From the human T2T-CHM13v2.0 reference genome, Homo sapiens, in NCBI RefSeq assembly GCF_009914755.1, contig NC_060927.1: a stretch of DNA of 64,000 nt. One strand, given 5' to 3'. The position numbers were made by a program, and so were the translations under genes. Positions 15,006-37,923 of the stretch are shown piece after piece. Under the pieces are notes generated by a model. That model was not told where the DNA came from and did not search any database. It worked only from the letters and a program-made list of their open reading frames with translations. Positions within the stretch are counted from its first letter, which is position 1. Each line of letters starts with the position of its first letter.

Positions 15006-17609
15006 ATGTCCCTCAGAAGGAGTTTGGGAAGGGAAGTAATATGACCAGATTTGCACACACATACAGCTGCCCTACCTGCTATGTGGAGAATGGACTGGAG
15101 GGGTCAGGACTGGATTGGGGCATCCTGTTAGGAGGCTGTTGGGTGATCCAAGTGAGAGATGATGGCAGTTTGGATGGAGAAGCAACAGAAGGGATGGAGA
15201 AAAGCAGCTCCATACAGGGGGTGTATAGAAGGTAGGACTGAGAGGGCACGCACTCCACACATTATAGATTTTCAACAGGGGAACAGAAAGGAGGCCTCCC
15301 CAAACTCATGCACAGAACACATTATTATTATTCTTTCTAGTAGTGAAACTCCATTCATTTGTGGGATTTACATATTTGATAATTTGGAAATGTAGGACAA
15401 GATGAATTTGAAGATTCCCTCTAGTCCTCACAGTCTGTGGTGCCATGAACAATCCTCTATGAGGTTATTTCAACAATACTAAAATACTCTGAGGCGTGTG
15501 CCTAGATGCATTATTACAGATTGTTTATTAGTCACACATGTATATCTATAATGCCAATTTTTGATCCAGGAAAATAACTTCATGACTGAAACTGAACACA
15601 ATCTGTGCATGAAGATCCTTGCAGAAAGGGAGGGCAGAAATACTGTTAGCCTAGAAAGTGTGAGGATGGGGATAAGGAAATTCATATTCATGTATTAACC
15701 CAATTACCAAATGTACCTTGCAAATCTGGAGCGCTGTTGGTTTAACATGGGATTTCACATCATTCCGTCCCAAGTGACACAGACAGTATTATAAATGAAA
15801 AATCCTTTCCTCAGGCTAGGATACAGAGCTCCTCTCATTTGGGCACTACATGCTATCACAGGAGAACCTTTATTTAAGGCTGGAAATTCTATTTACTCAG
15901 GAGCCCAAACCACTGTTTTTCTGTTCTTGCAAAATAAACAAAACACCCTGGCAAAGCAGATGCAGAAAAGACCCGAGGGAACGGAAAGGAATGTGGAATC
16001 AGGTATGCAGGTCAGTGTTAACACAATAAGTCAGGAGCACAGCAGTGATACATATTTCTCTTCTGATGCTAAAAAAAGGAGGCTACATGAATCAATGAGA
16101 TAAAGTGAGAGTACAGAAATTAAGACATATAATGTTTTATTTATATATGTATTTAATGAAGTAGGTTTTGTTGTTTTATTTTAGAAAGAGACAACATAAA
16201 GGCTCAGAAATGGATGTTTTGCCTGGTAGGGGCTGCATGATGCACACATGGATCAGGGAGATGATGACATCACCTCCAGACTGGTTGGACTTGGTGCCCT
16301 GAGCCTATGGAAAGCCTGGACAGGGGCATGGGGGCTTCAGACACCTGCTGTCAGGTGCATGATGCAATAAGGTACCCCTTCTCCAGGAAGTGATGATGAA
16401 TCCAGCTCAGCATGCTGCACATTTTGGCCTCTTCTTCCTCAAGGCCTTTGCATGTGATGTTCCCTCTTCCTGAAAGCCAGCTGCCTCCACCCATCCCCAG
16501 ATCTTGTGAACTCACCCTTCAGGTCTCAAATACATTGTCACTTCCCTTCTGTCTACACTGTCATCAGGGCAAATGGCAAATCCATTTTGTAGAGTCAAAA
16601 CCTTGTATAATTTTGAAGGCCCTTTTCCAGAAATAAGAATAAAAATTATTGATTTGAAATTAGAGATCCATATAATTAGGGCCCTTTCTGGGACCCTGGA
16701 AACAAAGATTCTCTGCCCCTGGGGAGCTTCCAGTCTGGCTAGACATGCACTGGATCCAAAGAAGGCTGGGTAGGCTGAAGTCAGAGGCACTCAGAGTCTT
16801 AGAAAACCAGAACTAGAAGATAATTTAGAGGTGTCTGATTAAACCTCCCATTTTAGAGGCAGGGAAATGGAGGCTCACAGTGGGGGAAGGGAGTTAGTCA
16901 AAGTCACACAGCTTGCTGTGGCAGCTTTTGGACAAGGCTGTCTGATTCCTATCCCCCTGGATTCTCAGGGTCCTTAGGGACCTCTTGGAGTGCAGAGTTC
17001 ATTTAGGGTGAGGAATGGCTGGCAGCTTCAGTGGTTGCAGGGATCAAAATCTGCTCCCCACCCTGACCTTGCTGGATCCAGAAAATCCTGATTTCCTACT
17101 TCACTTCATGACACATATGCAAACACTGAGATGTTTTGCGGCGGGGGAGAAAATAGATTCTTCCTAAGGGGCCCTTTGTTTTTCTGCATGACTAAACCTG
17201 TAGCAAGGATGAACCAGAGTAAAACCATGGAGACGTAAATTCTGAATGCATTCAGTCATGTGGTCAGCAAGTATAATGAGTAAACCCAAACATAATTAGG
17301 CCAATCAAAACCTTTCCCTAATTTGGTAACGGAATGACAAATCCTACATGCACATGAGGCCCCTGTTCTAATATTTCAGAGACCTACCTGAAAAGAGCTA
17401 TCGGCCCAGTGGTTTCTTTTAGAAGGCCGTTTGTGTGGCACCAAAAAGCAATTGCTTCCTCCATTCCTACTACCTGGAAACACAAACTTTTAAATTCATG
17501 CCAGTTCAATTGGAACAGTAGCAAATTTCATGAAGCAGCTAAAAAGAAGAGCAACAGCTGGTACATCAGGCATTAATAATATAACAAAGGAAGAAAAAAG
17601 AGAAATTTT

Positions 17610-18435
17610 TCATTAGTACTTTTTGATGTCAATTTATTATTTATCCCTTTGCCAGTATTCAAACAGACAGGCAGTCATAAAACATTAAAAAAGATCCTTT
17701 AAAACGGTCAGGCATCTGTTTTACCTCAGTTCCTTTTTAGAAACCTGGAAATCAGGAGCCCCGGCTTTTATGCTATAGCAAGTTTGACACTTGCTGTATC
17801 AAAAATATTGCTTGAGGATCACTACGTAGAAAGAGTTTTGTTTAAATTTTATGAAAGGCTGGTTAGGCAGGCAGACAATGGTTTCTAAGGCAAGATCCAG
17901 TGTAAATCAGCAATGTGCTGTTTCCAACTGTTTGACTCCTCAGTTCATATTCTGAAACCAGGGCGTTGACAAAACCCACTGTTCAGTAATTAGCATCCTG
18001 TCAAATCTTTCCAATCAAGACTAGCATGCTGCACCTGGTCCTAGTTAAAAAACACATTGTGGGCAATTCTGATCTGACCCTCAGGGGCCGCTGCCATGCT
18101 CAGAACTGCATTCAGCGTGCATGCCATAATTACCATCCACACAAAATAAGTAGACCTCCTTGTCCAGCAGCTCTGAGAGATTCTGCCTAATCCTAATGAC
18201 CTGCCACACCATTTTAACTTCTTTGATAAATGTCTATCCTTGTGATTTAGACCTTTCCTCTCCTGTAAAGAAGGTATCTCTTCCTGGGACAGAAGACTCC
18301 TCAGAAGTAGAATCACTGTAGAAATAAAGCAAATGAAAAATGGAGAAGCAAAAACCAAAGTAAAACAGAAACCTTAACAGCCCTCTCCCCAGCAGGAGCT
18401 TGTTGGAGGAGGTGTGGGTGCTGAGTCCCCCCTCC
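17610..18435 (-). other. NMNAT3: NMNAT3 3' UTR (3' end approximate)
   Basis: Follows the stop codon and ends at an AATAAA followed by a U-rich tract. Confidence 0.7.
17633..17638 (-). terminator. Poly(A) signal AATAAA of NMNAT3
   Basis: tttatt on the + strand, with a U-rich downstream element on the minus strand (TTTCTCTTTTTTCTTCCTTTGTT, ~17583-17605). Confidence 0.7.
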
Positions 18436-18858
<423 letters not shown>

Positions 18859-21800
18859 TCACTGCCAGGAAAGACAACATCATTGGAAAGTCTCACAAAA
18901 TGCTTTTCTTGGATGTATCGAGAACTCAGTGTCTCCATGTTCATGACTTGAAAAGAAAAAGCATGTAAATGAATCTGCAGCCATTTCAGGGAATACAGTT
19001 GTAAGTAATGATTTAATCAATACACCTTTTGTTTAATATTGGAAAAGTGCCAAGGAATACGATTTTTTTTCTTTTCAGTGTTCTAACAGAAGTCTGTCTG
19101 TGGTTGCTTTGGACCAAGGCAGAGTGCTCTAAAGGTGGCTGTGCTGTACCCAGTACTGTGTCTTCTGATAGAAGGTAAGGTTCTGAAAGCTCTGAGACCA
19201 ACAAGCCATGGGCCTTGGACAAGTCACTGCCTTATTTGAAATCCATTTCAGCCCTTGTGTTACTAGGAACTAGTACCTGGCACTTTTATATAACAATCTC
19301 ACTATAAAGATTAATTATAAAGGCTCTTTGGATAAACAAAAGGTCTCTAAGACTCCAGCTGGTGGCCTTTTCATTGCAGTTTCCAATAAAACAAAGCTCT
19401 AGAACAATGCTTAATGTGGATAATCCTTTGGAATGTGTTCTAACAGAATGCTAATTGTGATAATGAAATAATACATAACATTTATTGGGAGATTACTGTG
19501 GGCACTACTACTAAGCTCTTTATGTGTATAATACCATATGCACCCCAGAACAATTTATGAGGTGAGTATTGTGCCCATTTTATGGAGGGGGCAACTGAGG
19601 CAGAGAGAGATAAGTGACTTGCCTGAGGTCACTCAGTTAGGCAGATAAGTCAGGTGTCAAACCCAGGCAGCCATCCTCCAGGTGTGGCATTTGTAACTGC
19701 TGGGTTCTGCTGCTGCCTGCTGGTGGAAATCTGTACCTGCATTATACTGGAGAAGCCCTTCCTAGAGTTCCAGACTGATTTTCCTGGCACTATCCGTGTC
19801 CCTCTTGGTGAGCTAATCAGCAAAGGAAATCCAAGTCTATGCTAGAAACAAGCTGCAGGGTCTCTGATTCTTCCAGAAGCTGATCCCAGCTTCAGTAAAT
19901 GGCAAAGACTGGGGTCCCAGAGTACTGGCCCCTGTCAGTCACCACAAAGTCTGAGTAAAGAGAGGCTCCAGGGCTACCATACTGGAGAAAAACTTGTGTA
20001 AATGGTCAGTTTAGGATCCTCTAAGGTGGAACCTTTAAAGGAATCCAAATGTGGACCAGAGAGATGAGTTCACACAAAAGCACTGGAGCAACTGTGGAAT
20101 GGAAAGTGAGAGACTGGAGGTGTCATGGAGAAGTCTGAGTCCTGGCCTCAACTGGGCACAGGCTGCTGTGCGGCCAGAGCCAAGACCTTTCTCTGGGTAT
20201 CAGTTTCCCCATCCATGAGATGATGAGCTCTAGACTCATTTAAAGCAACATATGCAATCACAGAAACACACTTTTCAAATGCTCTAGCGGCATAATACTG
20301 GTCTAGTAAACGATATTCAAACATTCCTTCATTCATGCATGTATGAACTCTTAGTGGTTACAAACTAAGACTCTAGAGCCAGACACCTTACACCCAAATT
20401 CTGGTTCTGACGTTCAATACCTCATGTGATCTCAACTTTAAAATGAGGATATTACCCTTCATTTATTCATTCATTCACTTATCCATTTACTCATTTATCT
20501 ACCACTCTATTCATAGAAACACCCACTCAACATTTATGAATTGTCTCCCAGTGTCTGGCCTTTTTAAACCAATAAAACAGCATTTAACAATTATTCAGTA
20601 ACTCACACTTTTCACTAATTTGGGCTGGTCCCATTGCTCACAACACATATGTATATTTGAACGGTTCTGCATCTGTGAAGTTTTACTCCAATTTCTTATC
20701 TATCCAACCAGTGTAGTATAAAGGAGAACAGTGTTTGGTCTTTCAAACAATTAGGTAGTTTTATGTGGTCTTCCTATGGGGGAGGTACTATGATGTGCAT
20801 TTCATTCCAGGATTTGCTGGGACCTGGGACACACCCCCTCTCTTCCTACAGGTCAGAGAACAGAGAAGATACCACCTCCTTTTTCCAATAGATTTTTTTG
20901 TGGGGACAATTTCTGCATGTCAGTTTCAACATTGGGTACCGTTTGATTCATTAACAATGACAGCAAGGAATACTATTCACTTTGAGCCTTGCCTAGAAGG
21001 AACAAGGGCCCACACCTCCCCTGCCCCCCAAATCAAAGGCATGTCTGTGAGGCTGGTGGTGCCTGTTATTTCATGACGACAATACCATGTGATAGATCAC
21101 TTCTCGGGCAACATGGGCCTCAGACTTCTAATTCCTGGCAGTCCTGTCTTCAGGGCTCACAAACGCATTCACACATCTCTTCCAAATCCATTTACAACAC
21201 TGTTACAAAATTTTTAGACCGAGTGACTCTATCCAAGTCCTAAGTATGTAACTCCAGGGTGTAGTATAAAGAAATCAATACGATTTCTCCTAACAGTGAT
21301 ACAGATACATAAACAAATGGGATGTCCATAGGCATTCTGGGGGCAGTGTGCTCTACCTTTGAGTAGCTAAGGGCTTTGAAAGGTAGATAAAACTGAAATT
21401 TACATAGACTGTGAGGGAAGTGCCACTAGGATCTTTGAAAGTTTGGTTGTCCTAAGTCTGTGAGATCAAAGAACACCAATCTTGAGGTCAGTCAGCTCTG
21501 GGTTCAACTTTAAATCTGCTGGTACCCTCAGGAAAATTACTTAGCCTATGGGCCTGTTTCTTCAGCCATAAAATGGGGATAGTAAAGCTTTCTTTGGAAG
21601 TTATGGGAATTGAGTGATGGAGAGAATGCAATGTAAATTTCCTGTCTGGCGCAGCATGTGAACACTGCCACCAACAGTGATGTCTGTCATGGTTACCTCA
21701 CAGACACACTCAGAAATGTGGGACTTCTGGGTCTAAACAGGACATGAGAGATGAAGCATCTGACAGGCAGCACCTAAATTTACCATACAAGGCCACCTTG

Positions 21801-22779
21801 GAACATTCAGTATAAAACGGAAACAGATAAAGGGCCTGCTCTGTTGGGAGAGGGAATCCTCTGAATGTGGCTGAGCTGTGCTTGGTTCCATCAGCCATGG
21901 GTGGGCGCCACCTTCACAAAAGACAGACAGAGTCAGCTGTTAAAGAACTGAAGGCATCATCCATCCCAAAGTGTCACACCCAAGCAGCCCAGAATGTAGC
22001 AATCCATATGACTCTGGGTGAGCCCAAGGAGGCCTGCAAATCATAGAAGTGATGGGCAAAGCAAGGCTCTGGCAGCCAGAAATTGCCGAGCTCATCACGT
22101 AATTTGCAACCCCAGAGTATAACAGCACACCAATAAAATACGCAGCACACAAAATGGTCCTTTAGAAATATGTCACTAGTAACACACATGCCATCTCATC
22201 AAAAGCCAAACTTATGCTGAGAAAAATTCCACCTTCCTGTTTTTAATTGCTCTACATTTTACCCCAATTACAAACATCAAACTGTGTTCATTATGGAATG
22301 TATGGAAAATATGTAAGTATTTAAAGCAGAAATAACAACAACAATATTAATTCTGCTTTCTACAAAACACCATCAGTTTTTAGTGTATTTCCTTAGTCTT
22401 TTCTATTTAGACATGCTAACAGATGGGAAGTATAGTCATATTTTTATATACTTAAGATTATATGCAGTATTGTATCCTGATTTTTTTCCACTTCCTTCAT
22501 AAGTGTTTCTCCACATCATCAAAACCTTTTATGTAGTTTCTTTATGCTATGTATACAGTATAATTTAGGTATACTTTCCTTTATATTTGAACATTGATAT
22601 TGCTTTTACTTCCTGCCATTGTAAAAACTGTTGTGATAAACATCTTTCTGCATAAATCTTTGTCCCAATCTCTAATTATTTCCTTAGCCAGATTCCTAGA
22701 ATGGGAATTTATCAAGCAAAGAGTGCAAAGATTTTTAAAGTCCCTGATATATTTTGGTAAACTGAAAAACATAGTTTTC

Positions 22780-28913
<6,134 letters not shown>

Positions 28914-31016
28914 AAAACATAGTTTTCATTTCATGTAAACTTCCTTTTTTTTTAAATAGTTACTTTAGAATAGAACAAGTGAGTGGGATTTAGGGTCTGA
29001 ACAGAGAGAAAGAGGCCCTCAACAATATAGGGCCAAGCAGATTAAGTTGGTAGCCCCTAGAAAAATGATTCTGGAAAGAACCTGGAGTGGGCTTTGGCAG
29101 AGGGAGAGAGTTCATATTAATGAGAGCAGCTGGGGCTGGTTCCACAGGGAAGGTGAATTCTGAACTGGGCCTCACAGACAGATAGGTTTTCAATAGGGGA
29201 ACCAAGAATTAAGAGGAAGGAGGGGAGGCCAGGCAAAAAGCTGAGACAGGGATTCTGGAAGCATATGCAGAGAGGTGAAGTGTGCGAGGATGGTGGCCTC
29301 AGTGTGTTGTCCCTCCTGAGTCACTCTGGCTGCCCCTGCCTCTCACTGGAGGCTCCAGTCTGCCCTAGTGGCATGGAGTGCCTCACACTTATGCTATCTC
29401 CTGCCCTTGTGCTTTCCTTAGTCTGCCCCTTGGCCCAGAAATGTCTCCAACCTCAATAATCCAGTCATCCTGCAAGTCTCAGTGCAGGTGCCCCCTCCTC
29501 CATGCAGCCTTCCTAATTCATGCCTGGACTCACCTCCATTCATACCCTGTCTCCAGCTTGAGGTGGGGGCTGGGGCTGGCTGTCTCTGTTCTCAGCCTGA
29601 GCCCAGAGTCTGTTCCAGTGAGGTGCTCAAAAAGTGTCTGTAGAATCCTTTTAAGAATACCTGCTGAGCCAGAGATGATGCAGAAAGAAGGGAGAGGCTG
29701 ATAATGAATACTGGGCACTGTGCTTATCGGGGATGGGTGGGAAGGAGCCCATGCAGGTAACGGAGAGGACAGGCAGACAGAAAGACCAGAGGAATACAAT
29801 AAACATTATATAAGATGATTATATAGGAGGTATTGTAACTCCTTCTTAGATTCTTACTCTCATGCACAGCCCCCCAGACTGGCTGTAAAGCAAATCCTCA
29901 GAGTGCTTATTAAATATCCAGATTCCTGGGCTCTACTCCCACTCAGAAGGGAAGACACCTGGGAATTAGTGCTTTTAACAAGCCGCACAGGGGATACTGC
30001 TGTGAGGGATCCTCTGGCCAGTATTTGGGGACTGTTGCATGGCACCTTTAGGGCCTGGTAGCATTTCCAAGTCTTTTTAGAAGAGTGTTTCCCAATCTTG
30101 CTCTAGGAAGCACTAGTTCTGAAAAATACTAACAGATATTAAACAAAGAGTTCCATACTTAAAAAAATGGTAAGAATGACTGCAAGGTATTTCTCTTTCT
30201 TGTAGAATCACAATGCACATGGACATAGTAAAGGCTCTAAAAAGTCCTTCAGTAGAGAAACCACATTAGGTGTGCTAAACCCCAGCATTCCTAAACTCTT
30301 CTATTCTGGAAGCAGTGTTCCACCAACCAAAGTCGGGAGACCCTGCCGTAGGAAATTCTGCAGATGACCTGCTGGAATCTGCACGCCCACCGCTGCATGG
30401 TGCTTCTGCTTATTTGCATGAGAGCATTATGCATTTTGCCCTTGACACCAGGGCAGCTCATACTGTGAAATCACAGCCAACAAGGTTTTCTCGAACACCA
30501 GGAAATTACAACACTTCCTGGCTTACACATCTAGGCTTACAAATTAAGAGGATAATCCAAACCAACTTTAAATTCCCTTAAAAATAGGTTTCCTCTTTTG
30601 AGTGAACCATTGAGTAATTCTGCTATAAATAAAGTCTTAGTCTCTTTGTTCAAGTTTTATAATGGCATATTTTACATTCAAAAAGGCTAAGGCTTTTAAA
30701 AGAAACCCAGCAGCACTCATCAGTTTATCCCTGTGTGACCCTGACTATAATCCATGTCATTAGAACAAGTCACAAGGGTAGGTAAACTTCTTTGGGGCAA
30801 AAAATCCCAAATTAGCAGAGCAATTTACAGGGGGTGGTGGCAGATTGTCTAATCTGAACTTCAACCTCAGAAGTGTCATCCCAACCAGGCAGGCCTTAAA
30901 TTCCTTATCTGTGCCCAGAGGGTTGGACTCAAGTCCTCTGCAGCTGTGACCACCCCTACCCCCTTCAGTTCTCACAGAATCCCTGACATCTCATTCTCCT
31001 ACAGACAAGAGGATCA

Positions 31017-31196
<180 letters not shown>

Positions 31197-34185
31197 TTAT
31201 CTACTTTAGTTCACTCATTCCACAAATATCTGTTGAGGGCCTACTCTGTGGCAGGCATTGCCAGGAGCTGGGACAGAAAGCCATGTGGGTCTTCATGGAG
31301 AGTCCTGTCCAAGACAGTCCACTACTTTCCATGTGACATGGGTGAAGGCAGGGAAATTAGTACATTTCTATTCTTTTAACATTTTCTTCAATATTTCTCA
31401 AAAAAAAAAGGAGGCACTGCTGAGTAGGGGTTAAGGACATGGGCTATTAGAATCAGACAGACTTGAATTCAAGACACATTTTCATTTGAGAAGCAGGGAT
31501 AACAACACCTACTTTTAGGCTCTTGTGAAGGTGAATGAGCCATGCACATGAAGCACTGGCACAGTGCATGGCCCACAGCTAGCTCCCAGAAAAGCTGCCT
31601 GCTCTCATTAGAAACTAGTACTTTAGAAGGCAATAGGGTGATGGCCAAGAGCCAGGGCTTGCAGCCAGATGGCCTGGGTTGAATCTCAGCTCCTCCACCA
31701 GCTGGCTGTGTGACCCTGGGTGGGTGATTTCAAGTCTCTATGTGGATGGTGCTGCATCTGCCAGTGAGGAATTATGACAGTGCCCACCTCTGATGGGTGG
31801 TTATGAAGATTAAAGGGGTTAATACACACAAAGTGCACTGGGCATTTCAAATATGATTAGACTTTCACAAATTTGGCATGCCTGCCTTCTTTAGCAATCT
31901 ATCTTCTGCAAATCATGAGATACTTATATATGCTTTTGTCAAACACAGGCAACCATTATACACCCCTTCTTGTATCAATTTGATCTTCCAACTTCCACTT
32001 CCTGTATTATGCATTTACTAGAACTGTATTTAGGGGGCAGTAGTGCCTGGTGGGAAAAGCATATGCTTTTCAGCCAGAGTGGGTGGGTTTAAGTTCAGGC
32101 TTTTTTGCTGAATGACCCTGACACCCTGTAGCATTGATACTCTCAGAGCCACGTGGACCTCATCTGTAAATTGGTCATGAAAGTTAATGCTGGGCTTATC
32201 TACACTGAGTATCAAAAGATCATGAATGAAAAATTGCTTCCACCTTGCCAAATGCTGGGGAAGTGGCCTGCTGCTGATTATAATTGGGAGGCAGCTCAGT
32301 GTTAAGTTCTAGAATTAGACTGGGTTGGAATTCTGGCTCTAACTGGTAGCTCTGGAGTCTTGGTGTCTCTAGTTTCCTCATCTAGAGAATGAGGGATAAC
32401 GGCAGAACCTGCCCCAGAGAGCTGGTGTGAGGATTAATTGAAACGCTTAGCACCAGCCCATATACAGAAAGAGCCCAATAAGTGTTAGCTGTTATTATCA
32501 TTACTCTTAGTCTATCTTCCCACCAGATTGTGAAAAGGGACCCCACGGAATTCATCTTTATATTCCTAGCACCCATGAAAATGCTCCTTAAGTCTGCTGA
32601 ATTCAGGAATGTTGGAAGGAGTGGATGAATGAATACATTTAACCTGGTTCAAAGCCCTTCTAGATCATCTCAGAGACTCAGCAGAGTCTTCTTAGAGCCT
32701 GGCTGGACTCAGTGTTTTCATTATCGTTTTACTGCTTTGATTTTGGTAAACTTTATTTCTGAGGATTCACCCTTGGATTGGCATGGGCTCTCACATCAGA
32801 CTGAAGTAGATTGAGTCTCACCTCCACTTTCTAACTGTAGGACTTGAAGTATTTTACAACCCTTTCTGAATCTCCATGTCCTTATATATAAAATAGGGCT
32901 AAACCCACCTACCTCTTGGAGTTGCTGAGCTTACTAGATATACATGAAAGAGCTTGGCACACATAGAGGGTGATTAGTAAAAGGTGGTGGTGATTCTCAT
33001 TTTACTTACCTTGAAGGTCCTAGTTCAGGTTGACCCTACTTTGAATATTAGCTGGATCTCTGAACTTTGTTGTGGAAATAATTACTTCCAATACAACATG
33101 CATTTGCCAGGGACTTCCACTGCGCCTCTATGGGGCATGACCATTAACTGCTTCTTGCTGCCTGCCTGAGTGGTACCTTGGGCCTGTGGATTGACCCTGG
33201 GGGCATGTTCTTGGTGTCCTCAGCAGTCCCACTGGTCTTCAGGAAAGATTGGAGGGCAACTGTGGGAGGTGTAAAGCCAGCCACATCATGTTCCCAGCCT
33301 GCAGATCCCTGTTTTGAAGATGGCCATAAGCATGGCTTCAGAGCTCCACAGATGGGAGCTCCACGTCCTATTTGTGTGTGACCGTGATTAACGTAGCCTC
33401 TCTGAGCCTCAGTTTCTTTATCTGTAAAATGAGGACAACACAAGATCATGTCTGCAAAGAACAAACTATCTTATAGGGAAAGAAGGAATCCTCAGTAAGC
33501 TCTACAGTGAATTTACATCATAGAGATGTTTGTTACTATGTCACTATGATGCAGATTCACTACGGACTTTATCAAGAGGACACTAAATGGAGCAAAAGAT
33601 GGGGTGGATTTCTACCATGCTTCTAAAACCACCTGACTTTACAATTATAACTGGATTTTCAGTCTTAAAAAACTTTGATTTTGATAATTTTCGGAAAGTG
33701 TTAGTAATCAAACACAAATGCAGTTGGTACATTTTGGAGATGAAACTTACTCCAAATAATAATTTTAAAAATCTTAATCAGCATTTGATAAAACTGTGTT
33801 GACTGTAACAGTGATTCTCAATTTTGGTTGCACAAAATACATATGGGAACCTTTATGAAAATAGCAATGTTTAGAGCCCACCCCTGACAAATCAAAATCT
33901 CTGGGGTGGGTGGGAGGAGGTGAGCATTTAAAAAAGCTTATTAAGTGATTTCTGCAGCCAGAGTTGAGACCACTGGTTTGGATGCATCTTGGTACTGATC
34001 ATAAGCTTAATTCATATACTTGGCAGCTGAAGCTGTGAGCTAGCCATATATTAGAATCACCAGGTAGCTTTTAAAAATCCTGATGCCCCAACCCAGACCA
34101 ATGACATGGGTACTTTTAAAAGCTCCCTGGGTGATTCCCGTGTGCAAACTAACACTGAGCAACACAAGAATAAAGGAGTTATTTA

Positions 34186-34575
<390 letters not shown>

Positions 34576-36296
34576 ATGAATGCGTTCAGTACAATCTTAG
34601 CTCACTCCTGTATTTTGCAGCAGAAGCACAAGTAATCGTAAATAGTACTATGGTCAACTCCTATTTATCCATGAATGGCTTATCTGTTTTGAGGACAAAT
34701 TATGGGCCAGCATTAGGGATTCAGGGAAGGTAGCTAACATTATTAAGTACCTACCATAAACCAGGTGTTTTGCCTACATCATCTCATTTAATTCACACGG
34801 AATCCTAGTGAAGTGGGTGATGTCATTTCCATTTTATTAGGTGAGAAATTGAGACTCAGGGAGGCTAAATCACTTATATCAAGTAATTCAGCTAGTAAAT
34901 TTTGCTCTAAAACCTGTGTCCTAGGCTACAGTGCTTCTCACTGGGTGGAGGAGCAAGCGTCTGTTTCTGCCTACATATTAAAGCTAAATTACTTGTTGGA
35001 TGATCTATTCTCTTGCTTCTATTCCCCCTCTCTTAGCCTAGATAAATGAGAAATGACTGCATGACTCATTCTAAAAGGATGATCTAGGTGTCAATTTATT
35101 CCTTATATAATTTTCAATATAAGGGTCTTTGTTTATACTAATGGGTCATTAAAAAATAAAGAAGAGCATGTGTCATAACAATTATTTTATAATGGCTTTC
35201 CTTTTAATTTGGCAACAGGTTCTGAAGCAACACTGTAACTGCTGAATGCTTCTGGCTGCTTCTTTCCACAGTAAAAGGTAAGTAATAAGAACCAGGATAT
35301 AAAAACTAAATGATTACCTCTACTAAAAAGGTAAATCTTTTTCTCCCAAGTGATTTTGAAGATAAGTTAAAAATGAAAACTAAAACACATTATGAACAGG
35401 CCTGTCAGTCATTCCACCTTGTCCCTTTGCCTCCCATTTCCTGCCAATCCTAGTGGTTCTAAATAGACAAAAGACACAGCAATTTGCAATCCCTTCCAGC
35501 AGAGCTGGTTGTCATTAGTGATGAGGCAGGCCATACTCACAATCCCAACAGCCAGGAGAGGTGGGACTTCCTGCTTCTCTGGCAATTCCCCCTTAAAGTC
35601 TGCAGACACAAGCTAGTGACCCACTGCCCTAACATGCAGGGCTGGCTTGGGGTTTTAAACAGTTTTATTACTTATGCTGAATACAAATAGAAATTCCAGA
35701 AGAAAAAATAATCCAGAGTAACTGTTTCTAGATTTATAGTCTTTTTTTTCTATTTCACATAAAAGTCTGGGTTTACAGAACCCAGGAATTGTACAATTAA
35801 AAAAGACAGCTTATTCTATAGATGTAGTTTTCAACTTAGACAATGATAAAAATAACAAAAGGTCCCACCTACTGAATATTATTATGTAGTTCTGGGTCAG
35901 GAAAGTTATTTACATATAAAAAATCCTCATTCGGTTTTGTTGTCTCCATTTTGCAAGTGAGAAATATGTCTCAGAGGCTTCAGATCACTTGCTCAAAGTC
36001 ACACAGCTACTAAGTGGTGGCACTAGACCCCAGTGCTACCGTCATCTGAAATAAGGTTGGGTGTTTCCACAAAGTGCATTTGAAAGTACAGTGTTTTGTA
36101 ATTTTTCTGCTCAGGGACCTCTCTGAGAATGTGAATCTGTTGATCTCTCCCTGCTAAGTAGAAACTGCTTCTTGGATATTTGCTGAGAAGGTCTGGCAGA
36201 AACCCAGCCCCACAATCTGCCCTACCTTTTACCCTGTAAGCTCTGCAGACATCTCCCGTGGCCCCTGGTCATCACACAGGAGAGTGACTACCATTA

Positions 36297-36524
<228 letters not shown>

Positions 36525-37605
36525 TCACCACCTGGCAGCCTGAATTCAGGCAGGTGCTAAATGTCTCCAGTGCCTCATCCTGAGTGGTAGTAGACTCTGG
36601 CATTCTCTCATGGGGGAGAAAGGGTAGCTCCCTTAGGCAAGGGTAAAGGCACTACCTTAGTGAACATGTGCTTCTCCTCTAGAGCCTTCTACAACCCGGG
36701 TAGCACTGAGAGAAAGGCTTCTCTGCTGAGACAAAGGCTGTGAGGGTGGCGCTCAGGCAAGGGTCCCATACAGCAGTGAGGACAGTTAGGATCAGGATAT
36801 AGTTGAGGAACAGCATGACTTCCCCTTCTATAGGAATTAACAGGGGCACTATTTTTGCCCTCTATGTGAGGATGAAAATTATATATAGTTTCTTAGCCCA
36901 AATGGGGATTTTGAGGATGAAGGACAAAGGGATGGGATTTTAGCGTGAACCAGGGTTGGTGGGTATTGGCTGTAGATGGACTAGTCGCACAGGCCACCAC
37001 TGACCTGGGAGGAATGTGCTGCTGATGGAGTGGGAAAGCGTACTTTGAAATAGCCATGGACTGTGCTCACTAACCATGATAACTGCCCTGTAGATCGTCT
37101 AAACCACATGGGATTCATCTGGGGAGAGAGAAATTTTTGTGTGTTAAGCTTCTAAAACTGGAGGATTTATTATTGCAGCTAGCCTAGTCTATCTTGACAA
37201 ATATGTTATTTTGAGACATTCCCTGTTATTCCTAGTTTAAGAGTGCCTGCCATAAATGAACGTTGAATTTTATTAAATGATTTTTCTGCAACTCTTGATT
37301 GTGTGATTTTTTTTCTCCTTTACTTAGTTAATAGGGTAAATTGCATTGATTAATTTTCTAATCCTAAACTAACACTGCATTCCTGAGATAAGCCCTATTT
37401 GGCCAAGATATATTACCTTTCTTGTGTACTGGTGGGTTCACTTTGCTAATTTGTTTTTTAGGTAGTAAGACAGGTCTATAATTTTCCTTTCTCTCACTGT
37501 CCTAATCAGATTTTGGTATCAAGGTTGTGCTAGCCTCATAAAAAGCGTTGGAGAGTTCTCTCTTTCTATGCTGTAAGAGATCTTGTGTGTTAGGACTGAA
37601 ATAAC

Positions 37606-37848
37606 TTTCTTTTTGAGACAGAGTCTTGCTCTGTCACCCAGGCTGGAGTGCAGTGGTGCAATCTCAGCCTCCCGAGTAGCTGAGACTACAGGCATGCACC
37701 ACCATGCCCGACCAATTTTTAAATTTTTAGTAGAGACAGGGTTTTGCCATGTTGGCTAGGCTGGTCTCCAACCCCTGACCTCAAGTGATCCACCCATCTC
37801 GGCCTCCCAAAGTGCTGGGATTACAGCCATGAGCCACCGTGCCCAGCC
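37606..37848 (-). mobile_element. Alu with an internal deletion
   Basis: Reverse Alu lacking about 40 bp after gcaatctcag; TSD ctgaaataac. Confidence 0.88.
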
Positions 37849-37923
37849 TGAAATAACATTTTTTTCTGAGTGTTTTGTAGAACTCACCAGTGAAGTTTTG
37901 TGAGGCTAGAGTTTAATTTGTGT